Positions 1 through 6,736 of a stretch of 11,320 nt of DNA are shown piece by piece. This DNA comes from a virus. Location of the stretch: the UHGV virus genome UHGV-0170512; one strand, 5' to 3'. The notes below the pieces were generated by a model. The model was not told where the DNA came from. It saw only the letters and a program-made list of their open reading frames with translations, and did not search any database. The stretch's first letter is position 1, and each line of letters starts with the position of its first letter. Both the position numbers and the translations under genes were made by a program.

Positions 1-758
1 CCACAGTGTGGACAGGGCCAGTACCAGCGACGGCGATCACCACGGTTATAGAGCGACAGGATCCCCGTGGTTGGTGGAGCCTCATGCGGTGAAGTCCGTC
101 GCCATTTCACATCCTTCACATCCCTGCCGGGGGAACTCTCCACCAGCGTCATACCACTGGACATAAATGTGGTGGTACGTTTTGAGGCAAGAGAGAAAGC
201 ATCCCCCTCGCCATCAATATCTTCCGGAAAACGGTCATAATCCGTCAGCGCGACGCATTTATAATCTGATGAGGACATGATATTGACTGACGGCCAGCCG
301 ATTTTCAGGTAGTTACCAGCAAGGAATGTTCTGTCATAAACGTTGTTGTCATTTTTGTTCGGACTCAGGCGACTGACCACTTCCGGGCTGACGCGAAACG
401 TTCTGGCGAGTCGTTTTTTGGAGTGTTCGCGGGCTTTTTCCTCCGTCATCTGAATGATCAGCATATCAGCAGGATCGCAAATCACGTTGTAAATCACCCA
501 GCCGTCAATCAGGCCGATAGTCTTGCCGGTTCGTGCCGGGCCAACAAATATCACTGCGTCGTATTCACGCGAGGCCAGGCAGTTCATCGGCTCAATAACA
601 TACGGTGCCACCAGCGGATCCCACGGGACTGAGTTCCCTGCCCCCATGGGCACCCGCATATACTGAGCAACGGCATCAGCAACCCGCATTCGTCTCGGTG
701 CGCGAAGGATATAACCTGAATCGGTTCGTGCTGCCTTTGCGGTTTCCTGATTCAGCAT
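1..758 (-). CDS. Phage terminase large subunit (lambda gpA-like), N-terminal part; gene continues past the window start
   Basis: Minus-strand frame is open from ATG at 758-756 to the window edge; absent from the ORF track because no stop lies inside the window. My hand translation starts MLNQETAKAARTDSGYILRAPRR, contains a Walker-A-like GPARTGKT, and ends WYWPCPHC at the edge, resembling lambda gpA (..ACPHCG). The ATG overlaps the stop of the upstream small-subunit gene by one base (TAATG junction). Confidence 0.8.
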   Translation of the reverse strand, partial: MLNQETAKAARTDSGYILRAPRRMRVADAVAQYMRVPMGAGNSVPWDPLVAPYVIEPMNCLASREYDAVIFVGPARTGKTIGLIDGWVIYNVICDPADMLIIQMTEEKAREHSKKRLARTFRVSPEVVSRLSPNKNDNNVYDRTFLAGNYLKIGWPSVNIMSSSDYKCVALTDYDRFPEDIDGEGDAFSLASKRTTTFMSSGMTLVESSPGRDVKDVKWRRTSPHEAPPTTGILSLYNRGDRRRWYWPCPHC

Positions 759-1249
759 TACTCCTCCTGCTGTAATTCCTCCTCATCATCCGCACCTGCT
801 TCGGTCACCCGCAGGGCTATCTGATCGCGCAGATCATCAATAATGGACTGAACACGGCTCACAGCGGCAGGCTGCAGACCGCAGTCACGTTCCAGAATAT
901 CCGGTAATGTCTCCAGCACCTGCACGACCGCTTTTGCCCAGATGGCAAACTCCCGTCTGACATCACTGGCCGGAATGAGTTGTGCCGTTTCCTGTTCGAA
1001 CTTAAGACGCTCACGTTCAGACTGATACCAGGCTTTGCGTTCATGTGGATCCATTTCGCCCTCAGCAACCGGCGGTGGTAACCCCATAAATTCAGTCAGA
1101 ATATCGGTCAACCGGTATAGCTTGAGTTTGTCATGTCCACCAGCGGGACGAATGTTTTTCAGTCTTGCCACGACAGTCTGGCGGTGCAGACCAGATAAAG
1201 CCGCCAGTTGATTAATATTCAGCACCAGGTTTTTCAACTCATGATCCAT
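758..1249 (-). CDS. Phage terminase small subunit (Nu1/NohA-like, N-terminal HTH)
   Basis: 163-aa ORF from the track. N-terminus MDHELKNLVLNINQLAALSGLHRQTV has the helix-turn-helix layout of Nu1-type small terminases; acidic C-terminus; directly precedes and overlaps the large-subunit gene. Confidence 0.7.
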   Translation of the reverse strand: MDHELKNLVLNINQLAALSGLHRQTVVARLKNIRPAGGHDKLKLYRLTDILTEFMGLPPPVAEGEMDPHERKAWYQSERERLKFEQETAQLIPASDVRREFAIWAKAVVQVLETLPDILERDCGLQPAAVSRVQSIIDDLRDQIALRVTEAGADDEEELQQEE

Positions 1250-1863
1250 ATTTCCTCCGGAGAGCTTTAAACATGCATCGTGCGAACAACTTTAAGAAAA
1301 CGCGTTCGATGTCGAACAAAAAACACTCAATTCGACATGCAAAAAACAAATAACCATTAATAATCAATAAGATGCAAAGATGATGGTGGCCGATAAAAAT
1401 GCAAAAACTAGCCTTTTTCCGCGACGCTCCCGCCCCGTGGCAGGCCACCCCACCGGGAGGACCCGTCAGCCTGACAGCCATGACGAACGTCTGATACAGC
1501 GCCTTGCATGAATGGCATCGGGATAATCCAGAAAGGAATAGCATCGTGCCCACAAGAATCTGTGTGAGTATCCTGTTTCTTCCACCCCCGCACAGGACTG
1601 GCGAGCATGAGGGACAAACCCGCGAACCATAAACGCGGTAAAAACCCGGTGTGCATCGTTTTTGATTATTCCCGCACACTCTCGCAGAAGGAGTTCCCCG
1701 TCGGGCTACGGTCTCTGTTAATACGGGAATACGGCGACGATACAGCGCATGATGTGTCAGGCTTGAATACCTTTATCCGTTAAAAGGGATATCAGTTAAG
1801 TTATCCCGTGCAGGGTATAAGCCATTATCAAGCCCCCCGTAGATAGGCTTTGTAATGACATCT
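1250..1863. other. ~600 bp noncoding spacer between rha and the terminase genes, with ATGCAAA(A)AC direct repeats and short palindromes; candidate terminase-binding/packaging-control region or ncRNA
   Basis: Only Cys-rich, overlapping, Met-poor ORFs in the track (1239..1679, 1408..1656), judged spurious. ATGCAAAAAC at 1337-1346 and 1399-1408 plus ATGCAAAG at 1372-1379; near-palindrome GTTCGATGTCGAAC around 1303-1316 with TTCGACAT inverted copy at 1331-1338. Confidence 0.3.
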
Positions 1864-2388
1864 TCAATTAATCAGCAGTTCAGGCTGTGTCACCTGCAAG
1901 ATGTATTCATGCTCGACAGCCAGGACACGCTTCTCTTTCTTCCGTTCGTTCATTAACCGACTGCCGATCGTACCTTTCAGCTTTGAGCGTGTTTCTTTGG
2001 TGGCGTAGCGGTGCTGCATTTCTTCGCCAATTGCCATGCGGCGGCTCAGTTGCTCTGCCATCCAGTTGAATGCTGCGATATAGCTCTCCTTGATTGCCGC
2101 AGCAGCTTTCCCGGTGAACCCCATCACAACCATGATCCAGCCATCTTTCGTCAGGCTGTACATCGGGCGAACCTTGCCCTGCTCATCGATATAATCAGCC
2201 GACGCAAAATTGCGTTGGCTAAACTCACGCGAGCAATCAGCCTTAACCTGCTCGATTTTCCTGAGAACATCACCGTGTCGCTTGCCGAAGTACTTGGCAA
2301 TTTTTCTGGATGTGGTAACGACCTCTCCGTTTTTGGCTTGCACCATTTCTCGGAAGTCGAAGGCTGGAATAACTGAATGATTATTCAT
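1864..2388 (-). CDS. rha: Rha-family phage regulatory protein
   Basis: Track ORF 1864..2424 (GTG start); I prefer the internal ATG at 2388-2386 (MNNHSVIPAFDF...). Contains TTSRKIAKYFGKRHGDVLRKIEQ, the signature region of the Phage_pRha family as I recall it. The start choice between 2388 and 2424 is unresolved. Confidence 0.65.
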   Translation of the reverse strand: MNNHSVIPAFDFREMVQAKNGEVVTTSRKIAKYFGKRHGDVLRKIEQVKADCSREFSQRNFASADYIDEQGKVRPMYSLTKDGWIMVVMGFTGKAAAAIKESYIAAFNWMAEQLSRRMAIGEEMQHRYATKETRSKLKGTIGSRLMNERKKEKRVLAVEHEYILQVTQPELLIN

Positions 2389-2442
2389 AGCGTCTTTACC
2401 TTTTAGAAAGTGAGCCTGTCTCACAGAAAAGCCGCCCGAGAG

Positions 2443-2454
2443 AGGTCGCCACCT
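2443..2454 (-). other. cosN-like cohesive-end site (lambda-type)
   Basis: Minus strand reads CGTTATAGGTGGCGACCTCTCTCGGGCGGCTTTTC; lambda cos as I recall it reads CGTTACGGGGCGGCGACCTCGCGGGTTTTCGC. Shared CGTTA, GGCGACCTC and a CGGG..TTTTC tail; the 12-nt core AGGTGGCGACCT matches GGGCGGCGACCT at 10 of 12 positions. Lies between the lysis and head genes as in lambda. Confidence 0.45.
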
Positions 2455-2528
2455 ATAACGGCATTTCTCAGGCTCGCTTACTGAAAGGCTCTCGTTAATA
2501 TGCGCGTGAGATGCGCTGTGAAATTCAG

Positions 2529-2556
2529 ATATAAAAAGCCCCGCGAATGCGAGGCT
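2529..2556 (-). terminator. Candidate Rho-independent terminator downstream of Rz
   Basis: Imperfect GC hairpin (plus strand GCCCCGCGAATGCGAGGC, 2538-2555) followed on the minus strand by TTTTTAT (plus 2531-2537). Confidence 0.35.
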
Positions 2557-2729
2557 AAATCCTGGTATTTGTAATGACTGGCTCTTATTTCAACGCAGCC
2601 CCTTACCGCGCGCCAGATGCTCAACTTCAAGCATCAGCAATGAGATGTTTAATCTGGATTCACTCCAGAAGTGATCACCACCCTGTCTACAGAGCCAGAT
2701 GTGAAGGATGATGAGTAAAATTATCGCTA

Positions 2730-3212
2730 TCATCGAAGGCATTGCGTCCTGATATATTCCTGAAGCGTTCTCAGTGCTGTCTGGTCTCTGATGATTCCGT
2801 CCCGGATACCGAGAACGTTTCGTCCAGCAACTGGAGAGAGTTCGACGGTGGCATCATTGCCCATGCCGGAGGCGCTGGAGGTTTCGGCTGAGGATGGCAC
2901 AGGGCATTTTCCTTTGACGAGCACCCGACCACCATTATCAAGCTTGCGCCGAAGAGCATCATTTTCAGCTTTCGCATCAGCCAACTCCTTCGTGTATTTA
3001 GCATCGAGTACATCAGCAGCACGCTGGCGTTGCTGCATGTCAGTAATGGTGGCGGTCGCCTGCTTCAGCTCACTGACTTTTTTATCACGCTGTTCTTTGT
3101 AGGCGATGGCGTTATCACGGTAATGATTGACCGCCCACGACAGGCAGACGATGATGCAAATAACCAGAGCATAAATAATCGCGGCGACTCTGCTCACTGA
3201 TCTATCCCCCAA
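2730..3212 (-). CDS. Rz: Rz i-spanin (inner-membrane spanin subunit)
   Basis: 160-aa ORF; N-terminal segment [38 protein letters not shown] closely parallels lambda Rz ([39 protein letters not shown]), with coiled-coil periplasmic domain and C-terminal Cys. The true start may be a few codons inside the track ORF; it overlaps the endolysin 3' end. Confidence 0.85.
   Translation of the reverse strand: MGDRSVSRVAAIIYALVICIIVCLSWAVNHYRDNAIAYKEQRDKKVSELKQATATITDMQQRQRAADVLDAKYTKELADAKAENDALRRKLDNGGRVLVKGKCPVPSSAETSSASGMGNDATVELSPVAGRNVLGIRDGIIRDQTALRTLQEYIRTQCLR
2771..2977 (-). CDS. Rz1: Rz1 o-spanin lipoprotein, embedded in the +1 frame of Rz
   Basis: Track ORF 2771..3022 trimmed to the internal start [22 protein letters not shown]; lipobox-like VVGC followed by a proline-rich segment ([11 protein letters not shown]) parallels lambda Rz1 (MLKLKMML...VVVGC...PPPPPAW). 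Lies entirely inside Rz. Confidence 0.75.
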   Translation of the reverse strand: MRKLKMMLFGASLIMVVGCSSKENALCHPQPKPPAPPAWAMMPPSNSLQLLDETFSVSGTESSETRQH

Positions 3213-3727
3213 CAGGCTAATGCGCTTTCCTGGTCACGACGAATAACCTGTCCATAGCAGTTATTTGAACGTATGCGGCAATCGCGCCCACCATCTTTTA
3301 TCCACCAGCGAATCGCCTCGCATGCACTCTTACGATCACCGGCATTCAGCCGCTTATAAAACGTCGACGGGAAACACTTACCGGGGCCAATGTTATAGGG
3401 ACAAAATGACGCTATACCCGCTTTCTGTGGTTCGGTCAGTGGTACTTTAATATTGCGCTCCACCCATGCCAGCGCCTTATCACGTTCAATAGCGTTAACC
3501 TGGTCGCATTTTTCCTTCGACAGCTTCATTCCCGGTATGACGGGCTTACCATCCACCATTGTGGCACCACGACAGATGGTCCATATACCGGAACCATCGC
3601 GGTATGCCGTAGTGTGGTTACCCTCTTTTTCATCCAGAAACTGGTCAAGTATTTGAGGAGCAGACGAGCCTGCAGCAATCAGCGCCAGAACGGCAGCCGA
3701 CAGGCCGTATCTGATTTTTGCGTTCAT
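3194..3727 (-). CDS. SAR endolysin (phage lysozyme, T4/P21 R-type, GH24) with N-terminal signal-anchor-release domain
   Basis: 177 aa. N-terminal hydrophobic, Gly/Ala-rich segment [16 protein letters not shown], then catalytic-triad spacing E-x8-D-x5-T in [16 protein letters not shown], parallel to the P21 R lysozyme. Sits in a lysis cassette next to a pinholin. Confidence 0.85.
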   Translation of the reverse strand: MNAKIRYGLSAAVLALIAAGSSAPQILDQFLDEKEGNHTTAYRDGSGIWTICRGATMVDGKPVIPGMKLSKEKCDQVNAIERDKALAWVERNIKVPLTEPQKAGIASFCPYNIGPGKCFPSTFYKRLNAGDRKSACEAIRWWIKDGGRDCRIRSNNCYGQVIRRDQESALACWGIDQ

Positions 3728-3790
3728 GGATATTTATCAGGATTTATCGGTTTCTGCCCACGGACAGGTTTATCTGTTCCGGTCAGTGAC

Positions 3791-4141
3791 TTAAGGTTGT
3801 GATTCCGGAGGAGTCTTCAGAGAACCAGTAATTCTTCCTGGTAGCTTTCCTTTGTAGGTTATCCACACATTCTGCGCATCTAAAATTACGGGGCGCTTTT
3901 CCGGCGACTGCTCATCCCCTTCACATAACCCGGCAGCAACATCCAGGAAGACCTGTCTGATGCTCCTTCTGGCTGCTGCCTCATAAAACTCCAGCGCGGC
4001 ACCTTCAACACGGTCCAGCGAGATGTCCAGGTCAAAAATTTCACCGTCAAAGCGTTTTTTGTCCCGTAACGCTACAGTTACCGTAACTTTATTCTCAAAA
4101 TTGCGGATCCCTTTCACAATCAGTTCATAGTTTTGAGTCAT
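3791..4141 (-). CDS. Hypothetical protein between holin and endolysin (YdfR/DUF1327-like by position)
   Basis: 116-aa ORF with good SD (GGAGAG, 8 nt before the ATG at 4141-4139) lying inside the 3' end of the holin gene; 4-nt gap after the holin stop. A small gene (ydfR) occupies the same holin-endolysin slot in the K-12 Qin prophage as I recall; sequence-level family membership is not verified. Confidence 0.55.
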   Translation of the reverse strand: MTQNYELIVKGIRNFENKVTVTVALRDKKRFDGEIFDLDISLDRVEGAALEFYEAAARRSIRQVFLDVAAGLCEGDEQSPEKRPVILDAQNVWITYKGKLPGRITGSLKTPPESQP

Positions 4142-4145
4142 TGAA

Positions 4146-4361
4146 TTACTCTCCCCGTGCCGCCTTACGACGGTCCTCTCTGATTTTGAAATACAGGTTA
4201 GTCAGATATGTCAGCAGCCCAAACAGCAGACTTCCCAGCACGCCTATTGCCGCCCACTGAGACGGGGAAACCCTGTCCAGCAACTGCAGGAACCAGTAGC
4301 CCGTTCCCACCGCTGACGTGGTGTATGACACACCTGTTGTGATTTTTTCCATCTGGTCCAT
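4146..4361 (-). CDS. Pinholin, phage 21 S21-like (class II holin) with dual-start motif
   Basis: Track ORF 4146..4466 trimmed to the internal start [10 protein letters not shown]. The C-terminal two thirds, [51 protein letters not shown], are near-identical to P21 S21 as I recall it; 71 aa. Met1 and Met4 (MDQM) resemble the S21 antiholin/holin dual start. Confidence 0.85.
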   Translation of the reverse strand: MDQMEKITTGVSYTTSAVGTGYWFLQLLDRVSPSQWAAIGVLGSLLFGLLTYLTNLYFKIREDRRKAARGE

Positions 4362-4510
4362 ACCCCGTCTCCCGTTATCCGGAAGCTGACAACAATAAAA
4401 AAGCCACCAGTTAACTACTGATGGCTCTGATAACTCATGCAAGCGTCTCAGACGACCCACTGACACTACCGGTGAGTTTAACGATACCTTCCATTTGACT
4501 GGCTCACTTT

Positions 4511-4869
4511 TTATGATGATGCCGGTGCATTTATCTCCAGCGCCAGACTTTCTATCTCAACGCCATACGTTGCATTTTTGGTAATATCCGTCAGCGTCAG
4601 TGCATTTAGTCCCACTGCCAGACTGTCTTTTATGGCCTGGAATGCCGGGCCAGTACGATGACGTAGTATCACTCCGGCTCAGTTGCACCACTGACCACCA
4701 CATCACCTTCTGCTGCAATCGCCTGCATCAGGGTATAAGGGGTTATGGCCACCGGACTACCAAACGGCTGCCAGCCCTCTTTCAGTTTATGTGTCAGCTT
4801 TTCCGCAAGATCTGACGGCGGCGCCGCCCTGACAACATCATAGTGTTTAAATGCCATGGTTCTTTCCAC
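4511..4869 (-). pseudogene. DUF1737-like gene (NanS-p N-terminal-domain-like), apparently frameshifted/truncated
   Basis: Track ORF 4669..4869 (66 aa, MERTMAFKHYDVVRAAPPSDLAEKL...) stops at 4669-4671; a second stop-free frame of 55 codons ([55 protein letters not shown]) opens just after a stop at 4679-4681 and runs to 4511, overlapping the first frame in 4669-4678. Consistent with a single indel. The first Met may be the third residue (MAFKHYDVV). Confidence 0.35.
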
Positions 4870-5117
4870 TATCTGAAAAATAATTCTTTAAAATACCTGA
4901 CATGTAATACAGAAAAAACACAAAACTATACCTTAAATAAAAACCTGATTATCAAGCAGATATGCATGGATAAACTACAAGACGAGATATAAACCACCCT
5001 GCATTTAAATAAACAATAAACAACATCAGAAAAATAATTCTGCTCTATGGTTTACATTCAAAAATATCATTTATACTTTTCAGGACATCACCAGCAAGGC
5101 ATAAACAAGGAAACCAA

Positions 5118-5453
5118 ATGAAGTGGATTGTGATTGATACAGTTATCCAGCCATCATGCGGAATATCTTTTTCAGTCATATGGAGTAAAATAAAATTAAT
5201 AATCTGGTATCAATCGGATGCTTTCTTACCTCCTGAAAGTATATTTACACTGACTCACACAGGCATCATGCTCAATAACAAAGTGCTACCTGTAACCATT
5301 TACAACGTAGTACCATTCAATAAAACATTCTGGAATTTAATCAAAAACAGCCAGGAATGCCCTACAAATACAGATAACGTATTGAATGAATGCTTTAATA
5401 ACCGTTGCACTCTGCAAATATGTCCTTATGGACTAAAACAACAAAGTCCATAA
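5118..5453 (+). CDS. Hypothetical 111-aa protein, AT-rich convergent moron ORF
   Basis: Only credible plus-strand ORF in the window. Strong SD AAGGAA 7 nt upstream of the ATG at 5118, preceded by a ~250 bp very AT-rich stretch (4870-5117). Visibly lower GC than the phage backbone; 5 Cys; no recognisable family. Confidence 0.45.
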   Translation: MKWIVIDTVIQPSCGISFSVIWSKIKLIIWYQSDAFLPPESIFTLTHTGIMLNNKVLPVTIYNVVPFNKTFWNLIKNSQECPTNTDNVLNECFNNRCTLQICPYGLKQQSP

Positions 5454-5487
5454 GGAGTTTACTCACATCTGACAAAATCAATATAAA

Positions 5488-5509
5488 CAGCCCCTCCGGA
5501 GAGGGGCTG
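5488..5509 (-). terminator. GC hairpin, likely Rho-independent terminator for minus-strand transcription (possibly also stops the convergent plus-strand ORF)
   Basis: CAGCCCCTC-CGGA-GAGGGGCTG, 9-bp perfect stem; on the minus strand it is followed by TTTATATTGATTTTG. On the plus strand it sits 35 nt after the 5118..5453 stop but has no U-tract. Confidence 0.4.
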
Positions 5510-5900
5510 GAGAGTGGCGCTATGTGCCATTGCATGGTGCCGGGTGCCTCCCGGTGAATTCAGTACCAGCACCTGAATCCGCGATTATCCCATATACCTA
5601 CTCGCTGATTGCCCCTCCGCACAGGGGGATTCACCATGCCAGTTTCTTTTAACAAACTCCCCGCAAACCAGACAACAGTCAACCGCCTGAATTGTGAAGT
5701 ATTTAAAAATTTCTCCCGCTAACTGATACCCGGCTAACAGTCTGGCGTTTTCTTTTTCAGCAACGGAAAAGCAACAACCACCACACCTGCCACCAGCACA
5801 CCGTCAGCCAGCACTGACATTATCCGGCTGCTGCAATGCCATTCACAAAAACAGTAAGCAATCACTTTTTACCGTAACAGGTGATAATCCAGATATGTAT

Positions 5901-6227
5901 CTACCCCAGATGAGTAATCCGAAGTTCATCCATACCACAGGTCCTGGCTATTCTGTTGTACTCCTGAACAAGAGCAAATAATTCTGAATTAGCAACCATG
6001 AACTCATCGCTAACCCTCTGTATAGCATCACTATTCAGAATAATAACGTCTCTTCCCGAAAGACGATCAGGAGTACAAAACAAAACTGTCAAACGGCTGA
6101 AGGCCTTTGCTCGTGCTGCATTGACTATATCAATACGCTGCCTAAGGATGAAACACCCCGACGCCTCATCAATATTCACTCTACCCACACCATATGAATG
6201 ATAAATATTTAATGCTGAAAAAACCAT
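5901..6227 (-). CDS. Hypothetical protein (108 aa from the internal ATG); doubtful
   Basis: Track ORF 5901..6254 starts at TTG; the first ATG is at 6227-6225 (MVFSALNIYH...) with a weak SD. No recognisable motifs; immediately downstream of the tRNA cluster. Confidence 0.25.
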   Translation of the reverse strand: MVFSALNIYHSYGVGRVNIDEASGCFILRQRIDIVNAARAKAFSRLTVLFCTPDRLSGRDVIILNSDAIQRVSDEFMVANSELFALVQEYNRIARTCGMDELRITHLG

Positions 6228-6364
6228 TAGACCGTATAACAAACACTCAATCAATACTTAACAGAACTTTTATTTTTGACAAACATATAATATTTTCAAC
6301 AATATCCTGAGCCAGGTATATTCCAGTATAAGGCTCTGCCGGAAGGAATCTGGAAGAATGAATA

Positions 6365-6441
6365 TGGCGCGTTGTACTGGATTCGAACCACTGACCGATT
6401 GCTTAGAAGGCAATTGCTCTGTCCTGCTGAGCTAACAACGC
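6365..6441 (-). tRNA. tRNA-Arg (anticodon UCU)
   Basis: Minus strand GCGTTGTTAGCTCAGCAGGACAGAGCAATTGCCTTCTAAGCAATCGGTCAGTGGTTCGAATCCAGTACAACGCGCCA: 7-bp acceptor stem, D arm GCTC/GAGC, anticodon loop CTTCTAA, T loop TTCGAAT, encoded CCA. One G:G mismatch in the T stem. Confidence 0.8.
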
Positions 6442-6454
6442 AGAATACCGATAA

Positions 6455-6531
6455 TGGACCACCATCGGGGACCCGAACTCCGCGCAACCAGCTTCGAAAG
6501 CTGGCGCTCTTTCCTGATGAGCTAATGGCGG
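6455..6531 (-). tRNA. tRNA-Arg (anticodon UCG)
   Basis: Minus strand CCGCCATTAGCTCATCAGGAAAGAGCGCCAGCTTTCGAAGCTGGTTGCGCGGAGTTCGGGTCCCCGATGGTGGTCCA: acceptor stem with one G:U pair, perfect anticodon stem CCAGC/GCTGG, loop TTTCGAA, encoded CCA. Non-canonical T loop TTCGGGT (G at position 58) and one A:C mismatch in the T stem. Confidence 0.7.
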
Positions 6532-6538
6532 TATGTGA

Positions 6539-6614
6539 TGGTGGCCCTTGCTGGATTTGAACCAGCGACCTGGCGATTATGAGTCGCTCGCTCTCACCAC
6601 TGAGCTAAAGGGCC
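6539..6614 (-). tRNA. tRNA with CAU anticodon (Ile2-type, ileX-like, or Met)
   Basis: Minus strand GGCCCTTTAGCTCAGTGGTGAGAGCGAGCGACTCATAATCGCCAGGTCGCTGGTTCAAATCCAGCAAGGGCCACCA: perfect acceptor and T stems, anticodon loop CTCATAA; closely resembles the E. coli ileX tRNA as I recall it. Confidence 0.85.
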
Positions 6615-6736
6615 ATATGCGGAATAATACTTATGCCAGTTTAGCTCTGCAATACCCTACCCTGATTAAATCCTGCATATTGGCCTACACATGATAAAAG
6701 AATCTGAGCGGTCAACAGAAAGTTACTCAGGCAATA

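Noticed and set aside
423-1068. ORFs 423..632 (+) and 859..1068 (-) inside the terminase genes
   Set aside because: Antisense or alternative-frame ORFs fully contained in well-supported terminase CDSs.
1239-1679. Track ORFs 1239..1679 and 1408..1656 (minus) in the spacer upstream of terS
   Set aside because: Cys/Arg/Gly-rich low-complexity translations, mutually overlapping, overlapping the terS start and lacking RBS; the region is more plausibly noncoding.
1887-2376. Plus-strand ORFs 1887..2069 and 2011..2376
   Set aside because: Antisense to the Rha-family gene; no RBS; typical shadow ORFs.
2771-3656. ORFs 2791..3102 (+), 3265..3450 (+), 3453..3656 (+) and the N-terminal extension of 2771..3022 (-)
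   Set aside because: Antisense to Rz/endolysin or upstream of the genuine Rz1 start (MRKLKMML); the Rz1 call was trimmed accordingly.
4362-4466. N-terminal 35-codon extension of the holin ORF (track 4146..4466)
   Set aside because: Homologous pinholins are ~68-71 aa and start at the MDQM/MKSM-type dual-start motif; the extension has no RBS and runs through the intergenic region.
6276-6291. Perfect TTGACA and TATAAT hexamers on the plus strand
   Set aside because: They are separated by only 4 nt, incompatible with a sigma-70 promoter; probably chance in AT-rich DNA.
4870-6360. Shiga toxin genes (stxA/stxB) at the canonical Stx-phage position
   Set aside because: Translations in all frames here show no resemblance to the StxA N-terminus or the StxB pentamer subunit as I recall them; no ~960 + ~270 bp ORF pair is present.
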